Source of the DNA: Mobula hypostoma
Taxonomy: Eukaryota
Length of the DNA stretch: 64,000 nt
Direction: 5' to 3'
Assembly (NCBI RefSeq): GCF_963921235.1
Contig: NC_086108.1
Coordinates: 2,976,001 to 3,040,000 of the forward strand
How positions within the stretch are numbered: position 1 is the stretch's first letter; each line of letters opens with the position of its first letter. A program made the translations under genes and the position numbers. Shown here piece by piece: positions 36,049 through 50,844 of the stretch. Below the pieces are notes generated by a model. It had not been told where the DNA came from. It was given only the letters and a program-made list of their open reading frames with translations, and did no database searches.

Positions 36049-39000
36049 TGCCCCGATGTTCTAGTTGGGTGCGGTGGTTTGGGGGGGGGGGTTTGATGAT
36101 CATGTTGCCGTTCTCTTTTTGTGCGGTGAGAGGGGTGGTTTGTTGTTTCTCCTGAGCTGATGTCCATGTTTTTTTTCTTTGTTTCGTGGCTATATGGCTA
36201 AAGAAATACCTCATCTGTGTTTTAAATGGACGTCTTTCTATTCTGAGGCTGTGTCCCCTCTAGTCTTAGATACTCCCACCATAGGAAGCATCCACTCCAC
36301 ATCACGGCCTTTCAATAAGATTGAAAGAGTACAGAGTAAGTTTACAAGGGTATTGTTGGGACTTGTGGACCTGAATTATAGAGAATGGTTGAATAGGGTA
36401 GGACTTCTTTTTTCCCCTCTGGAGTGTAGGAGAAAGAGAGGAGATTTGATAGTTATACAAAATTATGAAGAGTGTAAATAGGGTAGGGTGGTAGGGTGGA
36501 GGTATGTCTCTACCAGAGGAGGTGTAAGGCACTCCTTCCCTCCACTGACCTACAGGCCACCCTTGGGCAAAGTGCAGCACCTGCTTAGACCCTTTTCTCT
36601 CACCCCCCTGAATCAGGGTCACATGAAGCCATGGGAGCAGGTGCTGGATGGCCGGATGAGCAGCTGGTATATATCACAAGTCCTGGTTATGTGACCACTG
36701 ACATCAGGCAGACAATCTCTGAAGAGTATTGATAATGGCAGGGGGTCACTGCCCAGAAGAAGGGAATGGCAAACCAGTTCTGCAGAAAAAAATTGCCCAG
36801 AACAATCACGGTCATGGAAAGACAATGATCGCCCTTGTCAGATGACACGGCGCTCAACGAACGAGCCTACATAAGGTAAAAGCAAGCAGGCTTTTCCCAC
36901 TGAGGTTCTGTGAGACTAGAACTAGAGGTTATAGATTAAGAGTGAAAGGTGAACTGTTTAAGGGGAACCTGAGGGGGAACATCTTCACTCAGAGGGTGGT
37001 GCAAGTGTGGAATGAGCTCCCAGTGGAGGTGATGAATGTGAGTTTGATTTCATGAGAAGTTTGGATAGGTACATGGACGGTAGGGGTATGGGGTGGGGGT
37101 CTGTGGTCCCAGTGCGGGTTGATAGGCTAGGCAGAATAACTTTTTGACATCGACTAGATGGGCGGAAGAGCCAGTTTCTGTGCTGCTGTGCCCCATAAAC
37201 CCTTGCAAACTCGCTCCAGTGTGGTGACCAGAATTCTGCTCATTTGCCGGTGATACCTGTGCCATGTGAGTTTCTCCTGTGCTCTGGTTTCCTGCCACAT
37301 TCCAACAACATGCGGGTAAGTAGGGAATTTTCCACTAAACTGCCCTTGTGTGATGCCTGTGGCAGAACCTGGGGGGAGGCTCAAGATGTGGGGACAGTTA
37401 AATAAGTTTCATTTTATGGTTGATGGTCAGCGTAGACTCTGAGGGCAGGTGTTGAATGATTCTATGCACCACTAAACTATAATAGAGAAATTCCAGAGCA
37501 CTTTCTTCATTTGAAACTCTCATCTTAGTTCTGTCAGCTAAATTGAGAAGCTTTTGGTTTTAAATGTTGCCTTGAAGACATTGGAATAATAGTCGCCATC
37601 ATTATGTGCAGTGTTGTATGATGTAGACAGTTATGGTTTTCCCATGACCGTGGTTGTCGTAGGCAAGTTTTTCTCCAGAAAACCTCGGCCATCGCTTTTT
37701 TCTGAGCAGTGTCTTCACAAGATGGGTAACCCCACCGCCAGCCATTATCAATACTCTTCAGTGATTGTCTGCCTGACGTCAGTGGTCGTATAACCAGAAC
37801 TTGTGATATGCATCAGCTACTCATGGCTTCACATCAGCTTGATTTTGGGGGTGGGGGGGTGGGGGGGGTTGCTAAGCAAGTGCTACACCTTGCCCAAAGG
37901 TGACCTTCAGGCTAGCAGAGTGCCTTGCAGCTCCTTTAGCAGAGATGTATCTCTACCCCGCTATCCCTGAATAGTATTGGTGCCAATGCCTTTATCTACC
38001 CCAAACGGAGTTTTTTCCTGCAACTAATTAAAGTAACATATTGCACCATTTTTATAATTTAATGTTCTATTTCAGTTTGCTTTGACTGCATCCAAATGAA
38101 GCAGCCATGTATCTCTGTTAATATTGGAATACCAAAGATGTCTGTTATCCTGTAGTAATTATACAATTTGTTTACCATACATATTTACTTGGGGTCGCAA
38201 GCTCAGATCATATTTCCAGTCTAATAGAATTCCTCCTGCCCCATGTTGAAACTTATAAGTAGCTCATGAAAAAAAAAATAAACTGCTATTTCTCTTAAGT
38301 AATTTCTCTGAAATGTTCAGACACTTTCTCTGAAGATCTTGATTAGTAGGCTTCCTATTGATCGAAGTCGACCATGGATGTTGAGTCCTGGCTGTCTACA
38401 TGATGTGCAAGCCATGACTTTACAATAAGGAGAGCAAGTGGTTGCCCATGCAGCAAGCTCCCCCTCTCCATGCATCTGGCGAATCCAAAGGAACGGCTGA
38501 GGCTGATAGAGTTTGGCACGAGTGGTGCCACACGAGTTGCCAGTCAACACAGGACTGCCTTAGGGACTCCAACTCCAGATTTTTCCTTGGGGTTTGCTCC
38601 TGAAACCTTCTCCATGAATGGGTATAGGTGCAGGGCAGTGGAAGTCTGAAATCTGAGCTTTCCTTCTAGAAGAGCTGCCAACCACGGCTGCCCAGAGAGA
38701 CTGCTATTAAGGCACCAGTAACCCACCTTTGCCCTTCTCCTGTCAGTAGAAATGGTTCTGCTGGGCTTAGTAGCCAAGCCAGACATGAATGCCAGGAGCT
38801 GGACTTGGTTGTCAGAGGCTATTTGGAATGCTTGGTATTGGGATCATTGAGTAAGCACTGGGAGCTACTCCCTCTGACTCTGACAGCCTTAAGGAACTAA
38901 GTTCTTGATTAATCACTAAAGATTATTACATCTTGTTTTGAGAATGAGTATATTCAATATCCTAAGTGTAATATTGTAAACAATTGATTGGGAGGTAGCA

Positions 39001-42000
39001 CTCCAGGTAAATCTTCAATCCATCACTTCAGAACAAGAATGAATAATAATCTGAAACATTGCTGAAAATGTCAGTAGGATTTGTATTTTGAGCAATATGA
39101 ATAAATCTGTTGGAGGAACCCAGCAGGTCAAGCAGCTTCTGCAGCAGGGAGGGTCAAGGAATTATCGATGTTTTGGGTCAACTTGGCGATTCGGTTATTC
39201 AGAGGCTCCCAGTGAGTTCCTCCAGGAGACTGTTCTAGATTCTAGTATCTGCAGTTTCCTGTACAGCCAAAGATACCCTCTGAGACTTGAGGACCTGGGT
39301 TGTAATGGAGATTGACTAGGTTCAGAATTTATTCCCAGATGTGTAGGAGAATGAGGGGAGATTTGATAGAGGTGCGCACAATTGAGGGTTAAATGCAGCA
39401 GGCTTTTTCCACTGAGGTTGGGTGAGAGGTCATGGGTTAAGGGTGAAAGGTGAAATGTTTAAAGGGAACATGAAGGGGAATAACTTCTCTGAGTGGTGAG
39501 AATGTGGAATGAGCTGCCAGTGTAAGTGGTAGATGCAGGTGCGATTTTAGCATTAAAGAGAAATTTGGATAAGTAAATTCTACTTCTGCAGAAAATTTTT
39601 GCCAAGAAAGACCACGGTCGCCCACGACATACGACATGACACATAAAAAACGGCATCAGAATCATATTCGGGTTTAATATCACTGGCATGTGTTGTGAAA
39701 TTTGTTAACCTTGCAGCAGCAGTACAAAGCGATACACGATAATAGAGTGGAAAAAATGAATTACAGTGTGTGTGTGTGTATATATATGTATGATGGTAGC
39801 AATGGGAAGAGGGCATGTCCTGAGTGATGGGGATCCTTAATGATAGATGCTGTCTTCCTAAAACTTTTCTCCTTGAAGATGTCCTGGAAACTAGAGTTGC
39901 TAGTACCTACGATGGAGCTGACTAAGTTTACAACTCTCTGCAGTTTACTTCAATCCTGTGCAGTAGCAACCCCTCCCCCCGTACCAGACGGCGATGCAGC
40001 TAGTCAGAATGCTCTCCATGATACATCTGTAGAAATTTTCGAGTGTTTTAGGTGACAAACCAAATCTCCTCAAACTCCTAATGATAAGTATATGGGTGGA
40101 AGAGGTTTGGAGGGCTGTGATTCAGCTATAGGTCGATGGGACTAGGCAGAATAATAGTTTGGTATGGTCTAGATGGGTTGAATGGCCTGTTTCTGTGCTG
40201 TGATATTCTGTTACTCTCTATAAACTTGATTGCAACTTCAAGACAGGATCAGTACCTCTTGAAGTAAAAATGTTTTCTATCTCTATCTATTGAATAGCTG
40301 GTACATTCTATTTCATCTATTGAAATGCCCTCTATCCAGTTTTAAGGAAGAATTGTTCTATAATTTATCCATTGAGCTTCTATCTAACCTTTATTTGAAA
40401 TATTACTCTCTGGGGTTTGTTATGCACTTGAACTTGATTTCAGATGTTATGTGGCAGAAGTTAATCTTGTAACCACGTAGGGCTGCTATATTGTGCCTTT
40501 CCTACCACTAACAAACAAGGAGTGTCTGTTAGATAAGGTGCAGTAACTCATTCCATGGTTGCACTTTGGCTGGGTTTTTAAGGTTCAGATCGTAGTTTGT
40601 TAGCTTTTAAAGTCCAGTTTGTCCATTGGCCAAGATCCCTGAGGTTGCTATAGCAGACCATTTGCAATTGCTATCATGCTGAATGAAAGGAAACAATGCG
40701 TTGTTATAAACCACAAAATGCTGGGGTACTCAGCAGACCAGGCAGAATCTATGGGGAAAAAGTAAACAGTTAACGTTTCAGGCCAAGGCTCATCATCAGG
40801 ACCCCTCATGAAGAAAGAGCTCAGCCCAAATGTCAACTGTTTACTCTTTTCCATAATGCTACCTCATCTGCTGAGTTCCTCTGCATTTTGTATCATCATC
40901 ATTATTATGTGCCGTGTCATATGACATGGGCGATCATGGTCTTTCCATGAACATGATTGTTCTTGACAATTTTTTTTTTACAGAAATGGTTTGCCATTGC
41001 TTTCCGGGCAGTGTCTTTACAAGATGGGTGACCCCAGCCATTATCAATACTCTTCAGAGATGGTGTGCCTGCTCCAGCTGCTCATATGACCATCCACCAC
41101 CTGGTCCCATGGCTTCATGTGCCCCTGATTGGGGGGTGGGGGGAGAGGGTCTAAGCAGGTGTTACACCTTGTCCAAGGGTGACCTGCAGGCTAGTGGAAG
41201 GAAGAAGCGTCTTACATCTCTTTTGGTAGAGACGTAATCTCCATCCTGCTATCCAGAGCAACATGTACAAGATACTGAGGGAACTCAGCAGGGGTGAAGG
41301 GTCTCAGCCCAAAACATCAATTGTTTATTCCTTCCCTATATGCTACCTGACCTGCTGAGTTCCTCCAACATTTTGTGTGTGTTATTTGGTAAGATTAGCT
41401 TTATTTGTCACATGTAGATTGAAATGCACAGTAATGTGTTGTTTGCTTCAATAAGATTCTTGTGGACCTGCAGAGGATATTTCCTATATCGGAGAAGTGT
41501 AGGAGCAGAGGGCCTCAGTGTAGAAGAACGTCCCTTGAGAACAGATGAAGAATTTCTTTAGCCAGAGGGTGCTGAATCTTTGGAATTCATTGTCAAGACT
41601 GCTGTGGAGGCCAAGTCATTGGGTATGTTTAAAACAGAGGTTGATAGCTTCTTGAGTATTTCGGGCATCAAAAGTTATGGGAAGAAGGAAAAAGAGTGGG
41701 GTTGAGAGGGAAAATAAATCAGCCATGATGGAACGGCAGAGTAGGCTTGAAGGAGCAGAATTAGCCCATTCAGCCCAATATCTTATGGTCTATGTATCTA
41801 TCCTACAGTTTAGTAAATGGTACTTAAAATGGAAATGCAACACCTTTAACTGTATATTCAAGCATGGATGATACACGTAAAATCCCGATTAAGAGGGCAA
41901 GGAAATATTCCTTGTCATCTTCAGCCAACTGATTAATTGCTATTCCTTACCTCTTTGTGGGAGTTTATTTGGTTTTGGTCAATTACTGTAAATAAAGATT

Positions 42001-42384
42001 GACTGCAGTTTGACTGCTAAATTCTTCAGTTATCAAATGCAAGCACTCCATTTGTTCTTGTGTCAAATAAGAGCCTGCAACCTCTACCATGGTAGCGGTT
42101 CGTGCAATTCTATTACAGCTCGGCTTGTCGGAGTCCAGAGCTTAATTCCGGTGTCATCTGTACGAAAGTTTGTACATCCTTCCCATGAACACTTGTGCTT
42201 CCTCCAGGTGCTCTGGATCCTCCTACAGTCCAAAGGTTCACAGTTTAGGAGGTTAATTGGTCTGTCCTGTGATTCGGCTAGTGTTAAATAGGTGGGCTTC
42301 CGGGCGACGGGGCTTGTTGGGCTGAAGGGCCTGTTCCACTCTGTATCTCAGAATAAAGTTCTTAAAAACTGTTTTCACTTTGTC

Positions 42385-43350
42385 AGATGTTTGGGCCGAC
42401 ACTCTTCATCAGGACTGAAAAGGGTGGGGTGGGGGGAGCCAGAATAGGAAGTTGGAGGGAGGGGAAGAAGTACAAGCTATAAGGTGACGGGTGAAGCCAG
42501 GTGGAGGAGATGGGGAGATGAAGTAACAGGTGGAAAAAGTAAAGGCCTGGATTAGAAGGAATCTGATAGGAGAGGAAAGTGGACTGTAAGAGAAATGGAA
42601 GGATGAGGGGAACTCGGGGTGGGGGTGTTAAGCAGGTGAGCAGGAGATAAGAGGGGGGCCAGAGTGGGAAATTGAAGAGGGAAAGAGGAGCGAGAAAAAT
42701 TTCCACAAGTTGGAGAAATCAGTGTTCTTGCCATCAGGTTGGAGGCTACCTAGATGGAAAATGAGGTATTTCCTCTCTAACCTGAGAGTGGAGAAGAGGA
42801 GGCCATGGACTGATATGTCGGATTGGGAATGGAAATTGGAATTAAAGTATTTGGCCACTGAGAAATTCTGCTCTTGTGGATGGAGCACAGATGCTCGACA
42901 AAGTGGTCCCCCTATTCACGACAGGCCTCACCAATATAGAGGAGGCCACATCGGGAGCACTGGATACAACAGATGACCCAACTGGTTTGCAGGTGAAACG
43001 TTGCCTCACCTAGAAGGACTGTTTGTGTCCCTGAATGGAGGTGAGGGAGGACGTGTATGGGCAGGTGTAGCACTCCTTACACCGGCAGGGATTAGTGCCA
43101 GGAGGAAGATTAGTGGGGAGGAGTGGAATCACAGAGGGAACAACCTCTGCTGAAAGTGGAGAGTGGGAGTGAGGTAAAGATGTTTTTGAAGATAGCAGAA
43201 GTTGCAGCAAACGATGTGTTGGATACAGGGGTTCGAGGGGTAGTCTGTAAGGACAAGAGGAACTCTATCCCTGTTCTGGTGGTGGGAAGGTGGGGTGAGT
43301 GCAGATGTCTGGGTAATGGAGAAGATGCGGGTGAGGGCAGCTTCCGTGAT
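42385..43350 (-). mobile_element. Older Penelope-like element remnant
   Basis: Degenerate GTNPCRCKECYTCPYTSS, VAKYFNS and LIFHLGSLQPDG segments plus the terminal motif. Confidence 0.8.
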
Positions 43351-46300
43351 GGAGGAGGGAAGAATCCACTCCAGGTGCTACTTAAGGCTTTCTTTAGTCT
43401 CCTTTCGCCAGTCACCTTTAATTCTGTTGTTAACCAGTGGAGAGGGAGAAGCTGCTTTCTATCTGGCGTCAAGGGACCTTGTTATTTTAATCTTTGTGCT
43501 GTTCTTCCCAACCTGATAGTAAGGCAGACATTCAGAGCCTCAGCCTTTTTTTCCGTAACTCATAACTCATGGTTGTAATCTTTTCTGCATTTTCCTAAAG
43601 GCCTTTACAGCCTTGTGGATGACTGACAAATGGTTGAAATAATTCAAATTATTGCTGAGCCCAAGGTTTATTTCTGACCTAGTATTAGTGCTAAAATTGA
43701 TGGGAACTTGAGTGCAGCATGTTTCTGTTGCAATATGCCTGTTGCTGACAGGACAGTTTAAGCCCGTTTCTTCCTGTTGAAACCACTTGTTAATACAGAT
43801 CAACGACATCGAGTGTTACAGAGAATGATACCACAATATGACTGTTCATCCTCTTCCTTTCTTTTCACCACACCACATCTCCTTACAACACTGAACTGAA
43901 AGATTAGTTGTACTTGTCAAATGTACATGTGACCTGCTCCAGGCTCTGTGACGTTTTCTCAGCTTTGCTGTGTGATGAGCTGTGGCTTGCTCCGAGCTTC
44001 GTGTCTATGGACTGTCTTGTGTCCTGAATGCTATTTGCTTATATTTATTGTTTGCATGATTTGTTTTTTTCCCCTCTGCACACCGGGTGCTTGATTGTTT
44101 TTTATGGGTTCTTTCAGGGTTTCTTTGTTTTGTGGCTGCCTGTAAGGACACGAATCTCAAGGTTGAATAATGTATATGTAGTTTGATAATAAATGTACTT
44201 TGAAAGATACGGTAAAATGTAGCATTTGCATTTGCATCAAATTAGCAGAGGTTGTACTGAGCAGTTCACAAGTGTCACCGCGTATCCGGCACCACAGTAG
44301 CCTGCGCATAACTCACTATCTGTGGGTGGAAACCGGAGTGCCTGGAGGAACCTAGTGGTTATACAAACCCTTTACAGGCAGTAGCTGGAATCGAACCTAA
44401 ATCCTGCATTGCACTACCACGCCACCCTCATTTTTGAAGACTGTTCAGAATCAGGTTTGATATCACCAGCATATGTCATGAAATCTGTTGACTTTGCAGC
44501 AGCAGTAGCATGCAATACGTAATAGGATAAAAGATGAATTACAGTAAGTGTCTATTTCTGTTTCTATCTGTATATCATTGAGGATTCCCCATCACTCAGG
44601 TGTATAGCTCTTCCTGAATCGTTGAGTGTGTAGCTCCATCCTGATGGTAACAATGAGAACAAGGCATGATCTAGGTGATCGAGGTCCTTAGTGATGGATA
44701 CCACCTTTTTGAGGCATTGCTTCTTGAAGATGTCCGGGATGCTGGGGAGGCTGGTGCCCATGATGGGGCTGACAGAATTTATAACTCTCTGTAGCTTATT
44801 TTTGATCCTATGTGGTAGCCCCCCACCCCCAGCCTCACCATACCAGACAGTAATACCGCCAATTAGAATGCTCTCACGGTACCTCTGTAGAGATTTGCGA
44901 GTGTTTTAGGTGACATACCAAATCTACTCAAGCTCTGCATTCTTTGCACTGTAGCTGCAGCAATATTTTGGGTCCAGGTTAGATCCTCAGCGATGTTGAC
45001 CTCTGAGGACTGGTGTATGTTCCCTCGTCTTACCATTTCTGAAGCCCACGATCAGTTCTTTCATTTTGTTGAAGTTGAGTGCGAGGTAGTTGCTGCTATA
45101 CCATTCAAACAGTAGATCTACCTGGCTCCTATACGTCCTCTCGTCACCATCTGACTTACTGAGTCTACTACACCAGCTGACAGTAATTCCAGTCACTGCT
45201 GTTGTAACCATCTCCACATTCTGACCAACTTCCCACTGTCACCTGCCTACACAAAGGGAATTGTTTGAAAGAAAGTGGAGAGCATCCAGAGTGGCTTAAA
45301 CTGACAGTGATGGGAGCAACTTCTTACTTCACCAGTCTGCGTGTCTTTGTTATCTGGGAGGAATCTGATGCACTTAAGAGAAACCTGTGTGCTCATGGAG
45401 AACATGCCATCTCCATACAGACAGCACTGAAGGTTAATATTGAATGTGGGTTAATTCTGATTCCCATTCCTGTTCCAACATGTCGGTCCATGGCCTGTTG
45501 TGCCAAGATCAGGCCACCCTCAGGGTGGAGGAGTAGCACCTTGTATTCCGCCTGGGTAGCGTCAAACCTGATGGCATTTTGCCTACTAGTAAAAAGAAAA
45601 AAAAAAAATTTCCTCTCCCCTCTCTTCTTCCAATTCCCCACTTTGGCCTCTTGCCTCTCCCCAACTAGCTATCACCTCCCCCGGGTCCTCTTCTCCTTCC
45701 CTTTCTCCTATGGTCCACTCACCTCCTAACAGATTCCTTCCTTGACAGCTGCTTACCTTTCAAAACCACCTGGCTTCAACTTTAACCTTCCAGCTAGACT
45801 CCTCTCCACCCCCCCCAACCTTTTTGTTCTGCATCTTCCCCCTTCCTTTCCAGTCCTGAGGAAGTCTCGGCCCAAAATGTTGACTGTTTATTCATTTCCA
45901 TAGATGCTGCCTGACCTGCTGAGTTCCCCCAACATTTTGTGTGTGTTGCTTTGAATGCAGCCCACTAGAACTGTTTTTTTGAAAAAAAGAGGCTCTTTAA
46001 ATATTAGCTTTATCTGTCACATGTACATTAACACAGGCAGTGTTGCAGTGTTGGTCTTGGCGAGGTACATCAGCCTCTATAATACTTTCCTATTCCGTAC
46101 ATGGGCTGGCATGGTAGAATTGTGATCAGCCTAATGCTATTACAGTGCCAGTGATCCTGCTCTATTCCTGCAAATGTGTGTTAGGAGTTTGTACGTTCTC
46201 CCCATGGCTGCGTGGGTTCCTCCGGGTGCTTTCCTCTCTCATTCTCCAGAGATGCAGTGTACAGGTTACTAGGTTAATTGGCCACATGGGTGCAGGCCTG

Positions 46301-49098
46301 TTGGGTCGGAAGGGCCTGGTACTGTGCTGTCACTCTAAATTGTAAAAAAAAACAAAGCACAGAGTAGTGTCAACATCTGCCCTGGATCTCTGCTTTAATT
46401 GAAGGCTTTGCATCATTTCCGTAGCTTGTGCTTGGATACCTGGTGACCCTGTCGCAGTCTTTGCCACAACTGCTGTTCCTTCTCTTCCACCATTCTTACT
46501 GCTCGTTATGCTGCGGGAGTTTAGGGCAGCAATGAAGGTCCTCCATCTCTGACAGTGTTCATGTCAGTAACTCTCTCTCTATCTCAGCTTTCACTGCTGT
46601 CAGCCTGGCAAGTCCCAAGTGGACTTGAACCAAAGCGTAGAGCCCTGACTCCAGTTAGCATGGCTCTCCACATCATTGAGGCTAGCAAGCCTCCACACCC
46701 GATGACAAGGTTGTGGTCCTTTTGGAGGTCCACTTGTCATGAGCCTCTCTGATCCTCTGCTCCTTCCCTTTCTCCCATGCTCCACTCTCCTCTCCTATCA
46801 TATTCCTTTCTCTCCAGCCCACCCACATGGCTTCACCCATCACCTTCTAGCTATCCTCCTTCCACTCTCCCCACCTTTTTATTCTGGTGGCTTCCCCCTT
46901 CCTTCCCAGTTCTGAAGAAGGGTTTCGGCCCAAAACATAGACTGTTTATTCTTTTCTGTAGATGCTGCCTGACTTGCTGAATTCCTGCAGCATTTTGTGT
47001 GTGTTGCTGTGGATTTGGCTGTGTAGCCTCTTAACATGACCTTAGTTCATCCAAAAATACTTCGCTAACAGAACACCTTGGTGTATGCTCACTGTCTGGA
47101 GTGTAATAACAGAGTGATGCAATGCAGTTTGATTGTGGTTAGATATTCTGCTTATCCCACTGCTGTCTATAAGGAGATTGTACATTCTCCCCCTGACTGC
47201 GTGCTCTGGTTTCCTCCTGCAGTCCAAACACATGCAGGTTAGGGTTAGTAAGTTGTGGGTAAGCTAAGTTGGCATTGGAAGCGTGGTGACACTTGCCAGC
47301 TGTCCCCGTGATGATAGTTGTTGATGGAAATTGCATATTTTCCTCTGCTTTGATGGGGTTTTTTTGTGTGCCATACTCTGCCAGAGCCTCAGCGACCACT
47401 TTTCAAGTGATTGTCTTGGAGGAAAGATTCTGTGAGCGGTCCCCCACGTCCTTCTCACAGCGCAGTTGTTTTTTTACCAGGCCGAGTTGTGAGCTCGACA
47501 CTCAACCCGGCACGGATGGAAAGCGTGCCCGGGAGCGGCCTGACTGGATTCGAACTCGGGAACCTTCGCTCCGGAGTCCAGCGCTGATGTCACTGCGCCA
47601 CCAGCCCGGTTGATGTATCTTTGATAAATAAAACTAATATAATCTGAATAATGGAAGTGCCATAATGCGAGTGATATCTCCCTATCACCCCCAGGAATTA
47701 AATGCTCTGATGCGTGAAGCCATAAGTTATGTTTTATTGAGACACTAGGCTGCAGTCACAGGAATACTAAGCAACAGTCTGCTAGAGGAACCCAGTGGCT
47801 CAAGCTTCATTTATGGGGTGGGGTGAATTGAAATCATGGATTAGGATTTTTTGAGGCCTCTGGTTATGGTCAACCATGATGTTGTGTCATAGCTGTCTAG
47901 ATATGCAAGCCAGGGCAGTACAATATGGAGAGCAAGCTGTTGCCCGTGTAGCAGACTCCCTTTCTCCATGTATCTGATGAACCCAAGGAATGACAAAAAC
48001 TGATACAACAGCGTTACAGGAGTTGCCAGTCAGCATTGAACTCAACATAGGACGGCCGTAGGGTGTCCAGTTCTGGAATTTTCCCTCTTCTACTCCTGAA
48101 GTCTTCCCCTATGAGTGGTATAGCCACAAGGAGGTGGAGGTTTGAGATCAAAGTTTTCCTTCTGGATGAGCTGCCGACCACAGCTGGTGAGCCCTATCTG
48201 CCTGAAATGACTGGTTTTAAGGTGCCAGTAACCCACCTTTGCCCCTTCTCTTGTCAGTAGAAATGGTCCTGGCGGGCTTAGTAGCTAAGATAGACATGAA
48301 GGCCAGGAGCTGGACTTGGTTGTCAGAGGCTATTTGAGGTGCATGCCATTGGGAGCACCTCAAATATTACCCATTTAATAGATATTGGGAGCTTATCCCC
48401 ATTACCACCCCAACTATAACAAACTTAAGAAACCGGTTTAGGATTAAGAAGTATTAAATGGAGGTGGGGGATTGATGAAATGCAGCAAAGGTAGATCGAG
48501 GGGATGAGTGAAGATTGTAGTGGGTGGAGTTGAGAGACAGGTGGAGTGAGTTAAGCCTGTCATCCCTACTGGGGCATGGGCTGCTGAGAGCAGCTCACCA
48601 AAGTCCTCTGTCCTGGGCCAGTCTTTCACCTTGACCCTAGGTGTAGCCCATCTCATCTAGCTGAAGATCTTTCCTCTCCCAGGAACGAGGTGTTTGGAGC
48701 TTGTGTTAGCGTTTCTGCAGCTCTGGACGTTGGGGATGTGGTTGCTAGCCTCACGCCCAGCCTTTCTCCTTTCGCAGCCGGGTTAGGGACCATGCGCAGT
48801 GGATTCAAGTTGATGAAGGCAGAGGTAAAAAGAAGATTGAGCCCATCTCTTCTACCCCATCTCCAGCCTCTTGTGTTACCATTTCCTGTGTTTTATACCA
48901 GCTATCTCCCCTTGTAGACCTGATTCAAGGTCGACAATTCCTTCTGCTACCTCACTGGACCTGCAGGTTATTTATAACTCTAGCTTCATTGTTGATAACT
49001 GATCCAAACAACACATTTCTCAGTCTTTGGTTTCTGAATGTTCAGTTGAGAAACCTTTTCTCTTGTCCTGATTTTTGACCTGCTTCCATTTTAATTAG

Positions 49099-49178
49099 GG
49101 GGTCGTCGAAATTGGAAGAAGCATGCGAAATGTATTGCAGAGCTGCTAACATGTTCAAGATGGCTAAGAACTGGAGCG
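49099..49178 (+). CDS. NAPA: Alpha-SNAP coding exon 2
   Basis: 80 bp, AG/GT bounded, phase-compatible with exons 1 and 3; encodes [26 protein letters not shown]. Confidence 0.95.
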
Positions 49179-50769
49179 GTGAGTACAGATACCAAATGCC
49201 ACAATTATCTGTGATGTTGACTATTCCTACTTCACAACTACTCTCTGGAACGATGGAGGCTGAGGGGAGATCTGATAAAGGTTTATAAGATTATAAAAGG
49301 CATAGATAGAGTAGACAGACAGACCCTTTTTTCCCCTAGGGTTAATATATCTAATACCGGGGCATACATTTAAGGCAGGGGTTCTTTACCTGGAGCCTGC
49401 GAAGGTGAAAACATCCAAACTCGAAAGCCCGTATGAAAAGAGCCCTCCACATGCTGAAGGCCCAGTCATTTCACTGCGTGATCCATTGGCCACGTGTGGA
49501 ATTGCCATAAATTCTCAATTTAAAGTTCAAAATAAATATTATTATCAAAGTACATATATGTCATATAACCCTGGGATTCATTTTCTTGTGGGTGTACTGA
49601 ATAAATCTATAGAATAATAATCAGAACAATTCAGTTCCCAACCAAGTAGCTTTTAGTTTATTGTTGTCACACACACATATACAGTAGAAAACTTTTGCAT
49701 GCTGTCCATACAGATCATTTCATCACATCAGCACATGGAGGTAGTACAAGGGAAAAGAAATAACAGAATGCAAATAAAGTTGGAATTGGTTTATTATTGT
49801 CACCTGTGTAAGGGCGTTTTCTGGAGTTGGGGTATATAGCAAATATTAAGTTCAACAGCTGCCATTCTTCAGATTTGAATGTGGATTGCAGATAGAATTT
49901 AAAACACAGCTGAGAACAACGGGTTTCCTGGAGCTGCAGGCTGGGCTCAATCACAAACAAAGAATCATTTCACTTGGACCTGAGATGCCTGCATATGCAT
50001 GAATGCAGCTGTGAGTCAGAGGGTGTTAACATCCGTTTTGGGTGTCTGGACTGTGGGTGTGAAGAAGGAGGTGTGTGGAAAACTATATGTAATTCAGAGG
50101 AAGCATTGTAGATACATTGTAGCTATAGAATTGACCTGCTGATACCTTTGATCTCTAGCATTTTTAAAATGTCATGCAATTTTGGGTCAAGCAAGCTTCT
50201 TCTTCCAAGAGTGTCTCAATATGATGCCTGTTGCTTGTTTCTGTTGAATAAAACACTTCAATATCCACTAGCTGCAGTGTCCCTCTGGTGACTTTGTTCA
50301 CATCACAACACCCTGTACCAAGGTGCATTACACAGTACACTGAGATAGTGCAAGGTAAAAGAATAACGGATGCAGAATAAGGTGTAACGGTTACAAGGAA
50401 ACTGCGGTGCAGGTAGACAATAAGGTGCAAGGTCACAAGGTAGAATGAGGTCAAGAGTTCATCTTATTGTGCTAGGAAGCCATTCAAGAGTCTTATTACT
50501 CCAAGGTAGAAGCTGTCCCTGAGCCTGGTGGTACATGCTGTCAGGCTTTTGTAGTTTCTGTCCAGTGAGGGGTGGGTGGGGGGGGGGGAGAGAGAGAGAA
50601 TATCTGGGCTGGGTGGGGTCTGTGATTATGCTGACTGCCTTCCTGAGACAGTGAGAAGTGTAGACAGAGTCTTTGGAGGGGAGACTGGTTCCTGCAACGT
50701 GATTTAGTATCTGTTTCACTCATTAGTTGGCAATTTGGACTGGCCCACAGTTGAGAACTCCCTTTAAGT

Positions 50770-50844
50770 CAGGGGTTCCCTACCTTTTTTAGTCTTACCA
50801 GTTTTTTACCGAGGGGTCCGTGGACCCCAGGTTGGGAACCCCTG
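50770..50844. mobile_element. hAT-type MITE
   Basis: TIRs CAGGGGTTCCC.ACCT / AGGTTGGGAACCCCTG; related to 62357-62438. Confidence 0.75.

Noticed and set aside
35322..36214. 281-aa and 202-aa proline-rich ORFs
   Set aside because: Translations of the C-rich strand of the 43-bp array.
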